The notes below the pieces were generated by a model. That model did no database searches, was not told the DNA's origin, and saw nothing but the letters and a program-made list of their open reading frames with translations. From Camelus ferus (Eukaryota), in NCBI RefSeq assembly GCF_009834535.1, contig NC_045698.1:4342001-4406000 (forward strand): a DNA stretch of 64,000 nucleotides. The letters are read 5' to 3'. The first letter of the stretch is position 1; each line of letters starts with the position of its first letter. Shown piece after piece: positions 1 to 11,749 of this stretch. Position numbers and translations under genes: made by a program.

Positions 1-9
1 GAGTACTTA

Positions 10-62
10 GTGTGGGTGTGGGTGCGCGCGCGCGAGTGTGTGTGTATGCATGTGCGTGTGTG
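10..62. repeat. Alternating purine-pyrimidine (GT)n/(GC)n simple repeat
   Basis: gtgtgggtgtgggtgcgcgcgcgcgagtgtgtgtgtatgcatgtgcgtgtgtg read directly. Confidence 0.85.
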
Positions 63-411
63 AAGGCATCTTCAAGGAGCCTACCTTCTCATCTTTGTAA
101 CAGTGTTTCTTCCTTATCACCAAGCCAAAAGGCCTGCGACCTCTTTTTCCTTGTTCATAAAATTTAATTTTTTCCTTTCAAAAAACAAAACAGGACCTTC
201 TGGGACAAGGAAGAAGACAAATGCTGCGTCTCTCCGAGGACGTGTCTTCCCCAGTCCTGGATCTTAGCCTTTCAACTCCTGACTGGTCTCCACTGGGAGG
301 AGGGACCCTGACACTTACAGCTGGGCTCGGGGTGGACCTGGGACAGTGGACTTGGCAGCCCCAGAGTCAGCAAGGCCAGGACCGTGATGGCCGGACCTGC
401 CCAAAAGGGCA

Positions 412-950
412 GTCGTGGGTGGAAAATGGTGGCTTCCAAAATGGCATGGCCTCTTGGACTCTGTAAATGTGACATTACTGAGAAAAAGAGTCCTTGCAGA
501 TGTAGTTAAGAATCATGATATTAACGAATGTATATAAAATAGATAAACACGTTTATACTGTATAGCACAGGGAGCCATATTTAGCATCCTGTAGTAACTT
601 ACGGTGAAAAACAGTATGAAAACGAGTGTATGTTCCCATATGACTGAAGTATTGTGCTGTGCCCCAGAAATTGCAACATTGTAAACTGATTATACTTCAA
701 TTACATATATATATATAAAAGAATCATGAAATGGGAACATCCTGGATCATCCAGATGGCCCTAAATCCAATGATAAATGTCATTACAAAAGACACAGAGA
801 AGACAGCCACGTGAAGATGGAGGCAGAAATTGGAGGGACGAGGCCACAAGCCCAGGACCACCTGGAGCCTCCAAAAGCTGGAAGAGGCAGGAAGGATCCT
901 CCCGGAGCCCTCAGAGAGTGTCGTCTGTCAACACCTTGACTTCAGACTTC
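412..950 (+). mobile_element. MLT1 (ERVL-MaLR) LTR remnant, interrupted by an L1 fragment
   Basis: MLT1-like motifs: ...ttgcagatgtagttaag..., ggccctaaatccaatga, gccacgtgaagatggaggcaga, aagctggaagaggcaggaaggatcctccc, caccttgacttcagacttc. Confidence 0.75.
519..718 (+). mobile_element. 5'-truncated lineage-specific L1 3' end with 11-bp TSD
   Basis: L1 3' UTR motifs (ctgtatagcacaggga, tgtgctgt..ccagaaattg, tatacttcaa), TA/A tail, TSD aagaatcatga at 508-518 and 719-729, TT/AAGA endonuclease-type site. Confidence 0.85.
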
Positions 951-2699
951 GGGAAATCAGGTGAAGCCCTGCTCCACCCTAGCTGGCTGAGTGACCTGAG
1001 CAGGCTGTGCAGCCTCTCTGTGCCTGAGCCTCCTCACCTGTACACTGCCCCACGGGCCGACCGTGGGGGCTGGGTCGGCGTGAGCAGAGCGCTTACCTCG
1101 TGTCCGGCACGTCAGTGACAACACGCACATGTCTGCAGTCAGTACACCGGTGGAACCCAAGTGTTAAAAATCATTACGTAGGAAGATTATCGACGGGCCT
1201 GGACTCTCATGGTAACTGCTTTTTGAAAAACAAAGCAGATTACTAACGTGTGTGTGGGAATATATTCCAATCCAGTTACTCATCTGTGTAGAAAAAAATT
1301 TCATAGAAAAAGGTCTAGATGGATAAAAATTGTAATATTAACAATCAAGGCAGCAATATGGGCGCCTTTCTTAGCTGTATGTCCCTAAGTGTTCTGTAAT
1401 GAACACTTCTGACTGTACACCCAGGAAGATGCAGGACACCCTACTTCTGCACACAGGTGGGGCTTAATATTTGGGTTTCTTACATTTGCTCACTGCAGAG
1501 GCAGCGTAGATAATCGAGAACAGTGACTTAAAGCTCAGGCCCCGGGACCCGCCTCTTGATGCCACAGGGTGTAGTCGTGCCTTGAAAACCACCGAGCTTT
1601 CAGGCTGGTTGTTGATCAGTGTTCCGGGGAAGTGGGCAGGGGCAGGAGTTCAAAGTCAAAGGAGGAATTCGCAACTAGCCAGGTGTCCATGAGTAGGGGG
1701 TAAAGAAGCCCATTAAAATGGCTGATGTCACACCAGGGTGACTCCAATAACTGTTTTAACTGAAATGAGGCCCTTGACAGGAGGAGTCAAAGGGCCAAGG
1801 GAAGGGGCAGTGAGTTCAGGTGTGTGCATCTCGAGTTTGAATTGTGGTCTTGTACCTGCCAGTGGAGAAGTCTAGAGGCATCAACACCCCACCTGCATCG
1901 TGCGTTTGCAAGGAAGCTGCCTGCAGACCCTTCGAGGCTCCTCTGAAGTAACAGGATGTCAGGTCTGAGCTGAGATTGCTCTGCACCCTAAAGACAGTGG
2001 TTGGCAGCTGTGATGCATACTAACCCCTGGTCCAGTACAAAACGGAGACCAGCCCTGGCACTTGGGGGAACATACCATGATGTCACAGCATCATAAGCTG
2101 CAACATCTATTCCTCTGGGGGACCCTCTGTGCAGGCGGTGTCAAATACGCGGAGGAGAGCTGCTTACGAGTTCCAACGCTGTGCACCCACACGCCCAAAC
2201 TTGTTCTGAAGGGAGATGGTGAGCCTCCCAGAGGGACACCTGCCCTACTGGGCCTGGGCCAGCAGACCCATGACGCCATGGGGCTGGCAGCATCACTGGC
2301 ACTGGACACGCATCTCCGCGAGTCGGTGGCAACCGCTCTTCTCAGGGTTCACGCGTCTCCGTCGAACGCCCAGGGCCTCCTGATTCTCAGGTCTGGGACG
2401 AGCAGAGCCGCTCCCCTCTGCCAGCCACGTCCTGCATGTTGCAGAACCCAGAGGGAATTCGGACATGCGCAGACCCACTAGACCCTCTGCAGGGGGACGT
2501 GAAAATACACCTTCCAAGGCTGGGGAGAAGGCCCTAATCTGGGACATGGCACAGTGTCTTCAGACAGAGGGCAAGTGACAGTCGCAGGCAGTCAGCCCAC
2601 TGTTGCAACTGCAAGTCGACACCTTCTGCTGAGGCAGCGCACGCAGCGGGACAGACGCTCCGGACAGCTGGGCTGCATCTAACGTCCTGTTCTGCTGGA

Positions 2700-3410
2700 A
2701 TCAGCTGTGTGCCCCATGCCACTTCCGGCTCCGTGATGACGACAGCTCCTATGGCTCAGGGGACTGTGCTGAGGATACACGGAGCGGACTCGTGGGACAG
2801 GGATGAGGAAGGGCTCTGAGCCAGGCCCCTGCGGCCCGCAGGCGGCCACTAGCAGGGCGGTCAGAGGCGGCAGAGCCGGCGCAGGAGGAGAGCCAGCGGA
2901 CCAGGCAGCCCTCCTCTAGAGGAAACCGCGCCCTGGGCGGGAAATCCCTTTCTAGTGCAGCTCTGGAGAGAAAGGAGCTACTAACAAGGGAGCAACGTCC
3001 TACGGGAGCCGGTTCCCAGCTCCTAGCAAACAGGGCCCCCTCGGGGAGAGACGGCACACCCGGCGCCGGCCGCGGCGGCAGGGGCCAGCGGAGAACGCCG
3101 AGCGCCGCGCTCTGAGCCTCGCTGCGCCGCGTCCGCAGCCCCACCCGCCACGCAGGAGCCAGGTCGCGCTGAGGCAGCGGTCTGCCGTGACCCTCGAGAA
3201 GCGCTGCGCTGGGGCCTGCCACTCCAGGTGAGCCTGAAGATGCGGCAACAGCATGGCCGCGTTTAAGAGAAACGCAGGCCCCCATGGCCCGCCGGCCCTG
3301 CAGCGACGGTCAGGACGCGCGGCTCCCAGCGCCGCGGCCAGCGCGGCCCGGCGCGCATCCGGGACCTGCGTCCCCCAGCCGCGGCGTCCCCTGTGAGACG
3401 CTGCAGGGAC
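2700..3410. promoter_or_regulatory. Orphan CpG island just downstream of the MED10 3' end
   Basis: High GC and dense CpG (e.g. cggcgccggccgcggcggca, gcgcggcccggcgcgc); ETS-like cacttccgg near 2720; abrupt switch to AT-rich sequence after ~3450. Confidence 0.6.
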
Positions 3411-3585
3411 ACCAGAATTCTGCAGTGCGCTTTAGCTCTTCCTGCCTAAGTGCCTGAAGAAGAAATTTTCCGAATATTCCCCACACTTTGGGGAAGTAAT
3501 AACTGTTTATGAGATACACGGTACTAAACTATAAAAATGTTACAGAAATGATTACATAGAGCAAGTTACAGAAACACTTAAAGCC

Positions 3586-3591
3586 TTTATT
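3586..3591 (-). terminator. MED10: Candidate MED10 polyadenylation signal AATAAA (proximal ATTAAA variant at 3825-3830)
   Basis: tttatt on + strand ~540 nt past the stop codon in an AT-rich 3' UTR-like segment. Confidence 0.55.
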
Positions 3592-4130
3592 ATATTCGTA
3601 GGTCTAACTGAAATCCATGTAAACGCTGTTACATTGAAAACATTCTTTACGCACAATATTTGAAAATATAAAATTCTAAACCAATTTAAAGTACTTCTCA
3701 TTTTAAATCAATTTTTCCTTTTTTTTTTTTTTAGCTTTGACACTATCAAAAAAAAAAAGGAACAGAAAGAGTACATAAAAACTATTAGGTAGAATTTTAA
3801 AAAACTTTCAATTTCCCTATCGTATTTAATGTTTCCAAGACATTTGGTGGTGGAGAAGCAAAAACATTGCACTCAAAAGATGTGCTGTCACCAGCCATCT
3901 GAGAGCTTGAGGACCAAACAGAGCATGTCAGGAGGAGGGGGCAGCTGGAGGCCCCGCCCCACACGCCCTCCAGGCCACGCCATCCCCAGAAGCCAATAAA
4001 TGACAGGCACAGACAAGGTGGCTGGAGGCTGGGCCCAGGAAACAGCATCGATGCCGCTCAGTCCCAGGCTGCCTAGAGGTCACGGACATTCCTGCAGGAC
4101 TAGGAGGGTCTTCTGACAGAGAGGATGAAG

Positions 4131-4229
4131 TTAGGAAGGGGGGTGGTCCTCCCCTCGGATGCTTCGGTACTTAGCCATGTCTTCAGGAAATACTTTAGAA
4201 AGTTCTTGAATCAACAGGCTTTTAAATTT
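4131..4229 (-). CDS. MED10: Mediator subunit 10, coding exon 4 (KFKSLLIQELSKVFPEDMAKYRSIRGEDHPPS*)
   Basis: Manual translation matches the MED10 C-terminus; acceptor tttttcctcttag; TAA at 4131-4133; 99 nt; four exons sum to 408 nt = 135 aa + stop. Confidence 0.97.
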   Translation of the reverse strand, partial: KFKSLLIQELSKVFPEDMAKYRSIRGEDHPPS

Positions 4230-6200
4230 CTAAGAGGAAAAAGATACACCATCAAAACTGTGTTTGTGACCCATCACCCAAGTTAAAGACCAGGCCCCAC
4301 AGAGCCTCAAACTCAAAGGGACAGAAATCATGCTCCCTCGGCGCTGTCTGCTCATCTCCGTGGACACCTCACTTGCCAAACCGCAGCAGGCTGTATGTTC
4401 AAACACGACCCCTTCCCTCCTGCTTCAAACAACAAAAGCCCTCCATGAGCAGCCAGCCACACAGGAGGAACCGAGTTTGGCACCCAGCGCATGGAACAGG
4501 AGTCTCCATGTACTATTTAATTAAGCAATTATTAACTTGAACCACATCAAACTCACTGTGTGCAAACAGCTCCATCAAAGCTCTCAGAGCACCTGGCAAC
4601 CCGTCTTCTCCAAATGCCATGGCTCCATGATCCTACTTATCAGCGTAATGTTTGTTTTAATCCAACCTCCAAAGCAGCTAAGTATCTGCCAGCATCTCAA
4701 AACCTCTTCTCATCAGCTGTACACAACAGAAGCACAACGGACACAAACAAAGATATCGCACCCACCTCAGTGGGGAACACCCCTCACGGGGGCTGCACAC
4801 CAACGCTCCAGACACCGGTGACGACAGAACGCGGGGACGTTTAAACGCACAGCCCACCGGGCACACATCCTGCAACGTGGGACTTTCCCAGTCTCAGGTG
4901 AGAGGAAATGACACCAAGAGGCAACAGAAATGGAAGCAAATGGAAGGCAAGAGGCAGGGTCACTAGTGTGGCCGCCAATGGGCAACCTCAAGGGCAGGTG
5001 GTGAACAGGAGTGCAGCACAGAAACTGGGACGAGGTCACCCATGGGCCGTGACCCGGTCCACACAGGGGGACCTGCTGGGTGATACAGGAGACAGCTCAC
5101 TCACACAACAGCCAAATGCTCAGTTCGCTCTCGACTAATGCTCTATTATGTCCCGAGGGTGATGCTCGGTTCAAGATCGACTCAGTCCCAAGCTGACAGG
5201 GCAGAAATGAGGCTGCGGGTGCCACAATGACAACTCCGCCCAGGCAGCACGGGACAGGCTTGTCTTAGCTGTCCTGACACGGCCGCACTGCTGGCTCCTC
5301 GAGCTCACCCTCTGTGGCCGTCCCTGTGCACACCAGACACTGACGAGGCACACCGTGCACCTGGGCGGCAGCAGGAACACGACACCCTGGACCTCAGGAT
5401 GGGCAGACACAGAACAGACAGAGAGGAGGGCAGAAGGCTGGTCCAAAGACCTCTCCGAGGAGGTGAGACAGGGACCCCAAAGGACAGAGCGTGTGGGAGG
5501 GCTCTGGCAGAGGAGACAGCACAGGAGTGGACAGGCAGGAGTGGGGCCGGGGGTTCCAGAAATGCAAACCGGAGCAAGGAACAGGTGGGGCAGCAGGAGG
5601 GCTGGCTGCAGGAGGACAACAGAAAGGGACAGCACCACCCACCTAAAGGAAAACCCACACCCACCCAATCCGAACCACACGTGAGTCAATTTCAGTAATA
5701 AAAAAACTACACGTGTCACGTGCACAGAGTTTGCTAGATCCCATCCAAGCCAAGAAACACAGAGAGGAAAGTCTCTGTGGAGCCTGGGGGATATGGTGCG
5801 GAGGGGCTTGGAGTCAGAAGCTGGAGACGACCACCAGAGAGACAGAGAGCAAGGGTTTACAATCCTCTGAACCGATGACCCACAATTCCAGGAAAAGGCC
5901 CAAGTGAGGGACTCACAGCACCAGCATGCAAACTGGAGACGTTCCATTCTTAACAATGAACACAAGCACAGGGAGCCAGTGACAACCAGCATCGCAAAGA
6001 TCAACCCGGACCTGCCGACAAGCAAGGCCACCACAGGGTGCGCTGACGTTTGACTTTATTCACTACTTATCACACAGTTCAGAAATCTCAACTGTGTAAC
6101 GGTGTCAAATAGCTGATGCTTTACATCGTGTATCAGCCAAGTCTACTTTAAAAGCATATCCTGATGTTCTGATGTCATCGTCTGTTCACAAGAACTTTAC

Positions 6201-6303
6201 CTTCATTGTGTCAATCTTGCCTTTAACTTGCTCATTTTTAGCCAGAGCCCGCTCCAGGCACTCTTTGGTGTAGAGTTCGGGGTTTCGACCTTGGTCTATG
6301 TAT
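6201..6303 (-). CDS. MED10: Mediator subunit 10, coding exon 3 (YIDQGRNPELYTKECLERALAKNEQVKGKIDTMK)
   Basis: Acceptor ttcacatttccag, donor AAG|gtaaag; 103 nt; phase consistent with exons 2 and 4. Confidence 0.97.
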
Positions 6304-8269
6304 CTGGAAATGTGAAATATCTCAATTAACATTCTCTCGGCTGACACCTGCTCTCAGAGTTTTCTGTGAGCTGTACACAACTTCACACGGCCCTGTTCAG
6401 GGGGAACTGTGTCCAGGAAGCAGGTGACTCAGACTCCTTCATTTATACAAGTACAGGTGATTTGCTCTCACAGAACTTCTAGCTGCATGAGTAACTCATG
6501 AAATCAAGTAGTGATGACTTCTAAACCAAGCAAGCCTCACAGTCACACCACTTCAGCTTTAGCATCTGTATTTTTCAAAGGCCTCACGGCCACGACTTTA
6601 ATCCTCACGACAACCCCAAGGTCAGGCAGCTCTTCACGACAGAGAACCAGGCGAGGGCCAGAGCTTCAGGCCTGCATGGCACGGGGAGCCCCCCAGGTGC
6701 AGCCTCCACTCCAGGTCCGCCCCGGCCTCTGCCGAGGAGCCTCGGGGCTGCTGGGCAGGGGAGGGGAGAGCCCTGCCCTGACGGCCCCAAGATTAGTTTA
6801 CAAACTGGGGGGAGAGAGGGCCCACGTACTAGATATACCTAAGTAGATATATATACCTAGATACACCTCAGTAGCTTAAATTTAACAGAAAGAGGTCCTC
6901 TCCAATAATTTCTTAGCAGTATAAAACTGTTTCTTGAAATTTCCGACACTTGTCCCCAAAACATCCATTGTCCCAGTGATTTCATTTACGAATACCGCCC
7001 AGATGAATATCCACATTTTGCCAGCGGAAGGCCACCTGCCTACTTCTGCACCCTGAAGACCTTCACATCATTAAGCTAAACTGAATTATTTGTTACAAAA
7101 AAAAAAAAAACCCCACTAAAGTCCGATTTATGCATTTTTATGCTTCAGTTAACAAAAATTATCACTTCCAATTAAAGACACTGTTAAGTTACTGTTAATG
7201 GCATAAAAACTGGTCTTTAATCATGACAGCAAAATACTGATGAATCAAAAGTTCTAGAAATTTCACTTTATTGAAATGTGTTTGAAATGATGGAATGAGA
7301 GAAGCAAAATTATGGTAAATTCTAAACAAAATCCATCCATTTTTGGAAACAAAAAATCTGACAGGTCCAAGTGTCCTAAATAAACTGCTTCCACAGTGAT
7401 ACCATTTGGATTGGGCCCTTGAGACCGGAATCCCACCTCAGCCAACTCACCGACCCAGAAGTACTGGACAAAAGGGCCGAAGTTTTATTGTTATCTTTGC
7501 TACGAACACAGTCGGAGTGTCTGCAAGTGGACCGGGGAACCCTCCTCCATCAGGCACAGATGACTGACAGTTCACACCCGCTGTGTGTCGATTACTCACA
7601 GGCTGCCTCATCCCAACTCTCCAGGTGAGCCTAGGCTGTCCCTGCAGCCCGCGGGCTGAGGCCTCTTCCCCGCTCCCTTTAAGCTGTCTTTCCCATCCTT
7701 CCCCTTCGCGCCTCTTCAGACGATGGGAGTAGTTCCCTGGCGTCTGTCAAACATCCCACACACTCACGACCAGAACAGCTCTAATAAGGACACTTCAAGG
7801 AAGGGAAGTGAGTCTCCACCCTCCCACACTTCATGGGCCGGAGTTTAGAGCTGTAACACACACACAAGGCCTTCGCTCCCACCTGAGAACACCGACACCT
7901 TGGCCAGCAGGTGAGGACAGAGCCTGGACAGTGGAAATTGCAGCCTGTGTGTCCTGGCTTGGTGGATGGCTGCGCACTGTGTTGTGACTACAACTTTTAT
8001 CTCTGACTTTTCAGGATGTAAAAAGGTACATTTTCCCCTATTGTTCAAGGAAATCTAGTGATTTACATTTGCAGTTTTACTGCAAAAAGCCCCAGAATAC
8101 TCCTGCTGTTCCCAGCCAGCTCTGGGAGAGGGGAGAGAGGCCACCCGGCCCAGAGAATCAGCCTAGGCAGGACTCTGAGAGCCTATGATGTCCATCACAA
8201 ATTTAGTAAATCTTTTTTTATGTCTAACTCTTTTTCAACAACACAGAGAGTTTTTTTTTTTTTTAACTG

Positions 8270-8380
8270 TTTAATCCCTACAGAACATAAGCTCCATGAG
8301 GGAAGATATTTTTGTCTATTTTCTTCCCTGGCATCTCTCCAGCACCCAGACTGTGTCCGCCATATAGCAGACCCTAAAAT
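8270..8380. mobile_element. L2 3'-end remnant in MED10 intron 2
   Basis: agaacataagctccatgagggaagatatttttgtctattttcttcc...ctccagcacccaga resembles the L2 terminal motif. Confidence 0.5.
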
Positions 8381-8447
8381 ACTGGAGGTTGAGGAAGTCA
8401 TTATAGCAAAACTAAACAAGAATTACAATATCAAGAACAGTACTTAC

Positions 8448-8531
8448 TCAAAAACTTCTAAAGGCACAGTAATATCATGGAGTTGCTGTCTGCACTTATC
8501 TATATCCTGTAAGCCAGTAACAATAAAATTC
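8448..8531 (-). CDS. MED10: Mediator subunit 10, coding exon 2 (NFIVTGLQDIDKCRQQLHDITVPLEVFE)
   Basis: Acceptor ttttgctttttcccccag, donor GA|gtaagt; 84 nt. Confidence 0.97.
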
Positions 8532-9239
8532 CTGGGGGAAAAAGCAAAACCAGGAGATTAGGTTAATTCAGATGATGGCACTGTAAAACACCCATGCCTG
8601 GCCAACCAGGCCTCCACACGAGTGTTCCTCATACAAGCACGGGTTACACGCGGCTCACAGCTCTTTGTTCGAGAATTCCTAGGAAAGCTTTGGAGTTACA
8701 GAATATGTTCAAATATCTCTTGATTTTCTTTTTAAATAAGGAATTACCAATATGGTTCGGGGGGCGGGCGGCAGGGAGGACCAGGAACTAATAGGTGTAA
8801 GGGCAGGAACCTTTGAAAATATGATGAAAAATATGACCTTTCTCTCAAAAACAATCACCGAGGTGGATGTGAGTTTGCGGGCAGTTGCAGACAACACATG
8901 GGGCAGCAGAATCCAGCTCAAGAATCCAACCTCAAACTCTAGGGGGAAGAAAGCCATGGCTGCCTGGTTTAATTTCAGCGCCCTTCCCCTCGGGAGCCTT
9001 CCTAGATCACCTGGCAAGCCCCACAGCACTGGGTATGTAAGGCAGGGTTGTGAATATGTTTTTATGTCTGTGTCCTCCATAAAGCTGGGAGCTCTTCTCC
9101 AGAGCATTCTATTCCTGTTTGCCTTCTGTTCAACCCAGGGTCTAGCGGCACGGCCAGCACAATGCTGTTGCCAAAAAAAAATTAACAGATGTGTGGCGTT
9201 TCTCACCACCACCATCACGCACCACTATCGATTCCTCCA

Positions 9240-10240
9240 CCTTCAGGCCTCGGCAGCAGGTGGTTTCTGAGCCTTGGCCTTCCCGGGGCCCATTTTTCCG
9301 CCCTCCGGGTGAAGGCCGCCTCCCCTCCGCGGACAGGGACTCAACTCCCCGGAAGGGCTCAGGAGAAACGCTGGGAGGGAGTCATACGAGGGCGGGGAAA
9401 GACTTAAGATTATGAAGCATGCCTCCCTCCGACGGCCGCAGAAACGGAAACTATTATCTGGCACTGATAGAGTCTCCAAAGGGGCCCTCGAGAAAAGGTC
9501 CCAGCAAGGCAAAGCGGGGAGGCGGGTCGGCAACAGGCGGCAGCGGAGAGCCCCCTCTGCCCACAGCCTAGAGCCGGAGGGTCCGGGAAGGACTGGGCCC
9601 CGAGCAGCGCGGGGAGAGCCAGCAGCCCTCGGCCGGAATCCGGCTCCCCAACCGGCCCCGGCTCCCCATCCCCCCTCCACAGCAGACGCTGCCCCGCCGG
9701 CCCCGGGAAGACGCGGGCGGACTCGGCCGCTACTCACAGCTTCTGGTTGAGCCCGGCCTGGCTGCTGGGCTGGAAGTCGCTGACGATGATGCCGAGCTGC
9801 CGGATGTTCTCCACAAACTTCTCCAGGTGCTCCTCCAGGTGGTCAAACTTCTCCGCCATGGCCGCCCCACCCGCACAGCCGCGGCCGTAGTCCTGCTCCA
9901 CCGCTTCCGGCTTCCGCCTAGGCCTGCTATCACTTCCGTTTCCTCTGGGGGCGGGGCCTGGATGATGGGCGGGGCTACTCGGGGTGGGGCCGGGACTGGG
10001 GGATGCGGGGCGGGCCACCGGGGCGTGGAGTAGACCCAGAGGCGGTGTCTGGGGCGGGGCCTGGAGCGGGGGCGGGGATTTGGGGCGGGGCGGGGCGGGG
10101 TCTAGGTCAGCTCGGCCCCTCCCCAGCAACACCAAGCGCCCAGGTGAGAGGGACCCATGGTTGCTGGTGCTCTGGACTCCCATGCGTGCTTGTAAGACCA
10201 CAAAGAACCAGCGGTGGGGACCTGTGAGACCCCGCTCTGC
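9240..10240. promoter_or_regulatory. MED10: MED10 CpG-island promoter with tandem ETS (CGGAAG) sites and multiple GC boxes
   Basis: cgcttccggcttccg (9902-9916) and cacttccgtttcc (9931-9943); repeated ggggcgggg 9947-10100; no TATA seen; housekeeping-type architecture. Confidence 0.85.
9738..9859 (-). CDS. MED10: Mediator subunit 10, coding exon 1 (MAEKFDHLEEHLEKFVENIRQLGIIVSDFQPSSQAGLNQKL)
   Basis: ATG in gcggccATGG Kozak context; translation matches the MED10 N-terminus; donor CT|gtgagt; 122 nt. Confidence 0.98.
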
Positions 10241-10249
10241 CTCCACTGG

Positions 10250-10395
10250 CCCTGGGCAAGTTCCCTAGCCTCTGAGCCTCTGTTCTTACTCATAAAATCG
10301 GGATAATGAGACCCGACAGCTGCATGAGACTAGTTAGAGGAGATAATGCCAATCAAGGCTTAAGTACAGCGAGCAGTGCTTGGAAACAGTAGCTT
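10250..10395 (+). mobile_element. MIR SINE remnant
   Basis: ctgggcaagttccctagcctctgagcctctgttcttactcataaaatcgggataat core motif. Confidence 0.65.
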
Positions 10396-11749
10396 GACCC
10401 CACGATGAAAAATGACTGTATTTTTGAATATTTAAATTATAGGTTCTCATTGTAAATAATTGAAACAATAAAGGAAGAATATAATGAAGAAATAGGAAAA
10501 GACACCTGAAATCCTGCCCCCTTGACAGAACCCTTTTTTGAGACCTCGGACACAGTCCCTTCCTGCCTTTCTTTTTGCACAGGTACAACCGCCTGCAGGA
10601 AAAGCGCTTACCCAGCTTCTCACTCCGCAACAGCACCTGCTGTGCAGGGTCCAGCAGTCACCCTCCCACCCCCCACCCCACCCCCGCTCCTCTGGAGGCT
10701 GGCCTCTCCCTCAGCCAGGCCTTCTTGGAGCCACCCAGCCTTTACTCTGACCCTGGAAAGGCAGCCCAAGCTGGGCTTCAGACCCATGACTTTTCCAGTA
10801 GTGATTTGCCATCCCTTAAATGAATGAATTAGCAGCCAGGACAACACAAGTTGACTTTAAGCCTAGTGTCACAGCTGAGGCTTCTAGTGCTCACTGCTGC
10901 CGCCTCTCAACAGAGATCCTGGTCCCTTCCATGCTCCATAGAATGCAGCATCTTCAAAAATATGTACCTAATTGAAAATCCTAAATTTGCACGCAAGACC
11001 CAATAAAGATTGTCCTCTTGCCCCTCAATTGGAATCCTTGAAGTCAGCACTGGCCTCCCTTCTTTCTCCTGATATGTAATTACACCCACTTACTCTAACT
11101 CTTCCTTCTAATCTCCTACTCAGCTCTTCCCTCCCTAATTCCAGCCACCTTCCTAGGTCAGGCCCTCAGCCCCTCACTCCAACTCTAATAAAACAGTGTC
11201 CTATGGAGTTTCCCTATCTGTGAAGAGTAACCTCCCCTGCTTCACAGAGCTTTTAGTAAACTGCTGTTCATTGATCTTACTAAAATTCCCAGTTTGATCA
11301 TTATTGTGCTTAAGAAATTTTCTGCCCATTCTTCTAGGACTAAGATGTTTGTTCCTACAACAGCCTGCCTGGATCCCTCAAGCCTTGGTGATTTCTTTTC
11401 CTACTGAATATCATAGTGTACATTGTCTGCAGTTTTCAGTTCCTGGAGTCTTAGGCAAAATGAGGGAGCCCCTTTTCTTGATGATCTCCAAAGCCTCTCC
11501 CAGGTGCCAGGAGAAATGGGAACCCAGAGAAGGTATGTGATTTGTCCAACTTACTGAATCAGGCACTCTAGTCCATGTGGTGGACTGAACTAATGTAAAA
11601 AGCCTCTGATCTGCTCTGAATACACAGAAATGCTGGATACAATGGCTCCCTCCCTGTTTAACGACAATTAACTTCAGGGGAATTTTAAACCAAGGTGGCA
11701 ATAAGATACTTGACAAAAGAAAGAAAAGGAGGTCAGGATATGAAGTTAG

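Noticed and set aside
5309..5360. Possible 52-nt cryptic MED10 exon (ccgcccag|...GG|gtgagc on the minus strand)
   Set aside because: Splice-like motifs alone are common; frameshifting, with no supporting evidence
5171..6034. 287-aa ORF in MED10 intron 3
   Set aside because: Non-ATG start and Leu/Cys/Ser-biased composition from a pyrimidine-rich strand; no known homology
9734..10246. 170-aa ORF suggesting a MED10 N-terminal extension
   Set aside because: Non-ATG start running through promoter GC boxes; the strong-Kozak ATG 9859 gives the canonical 135-aa protein
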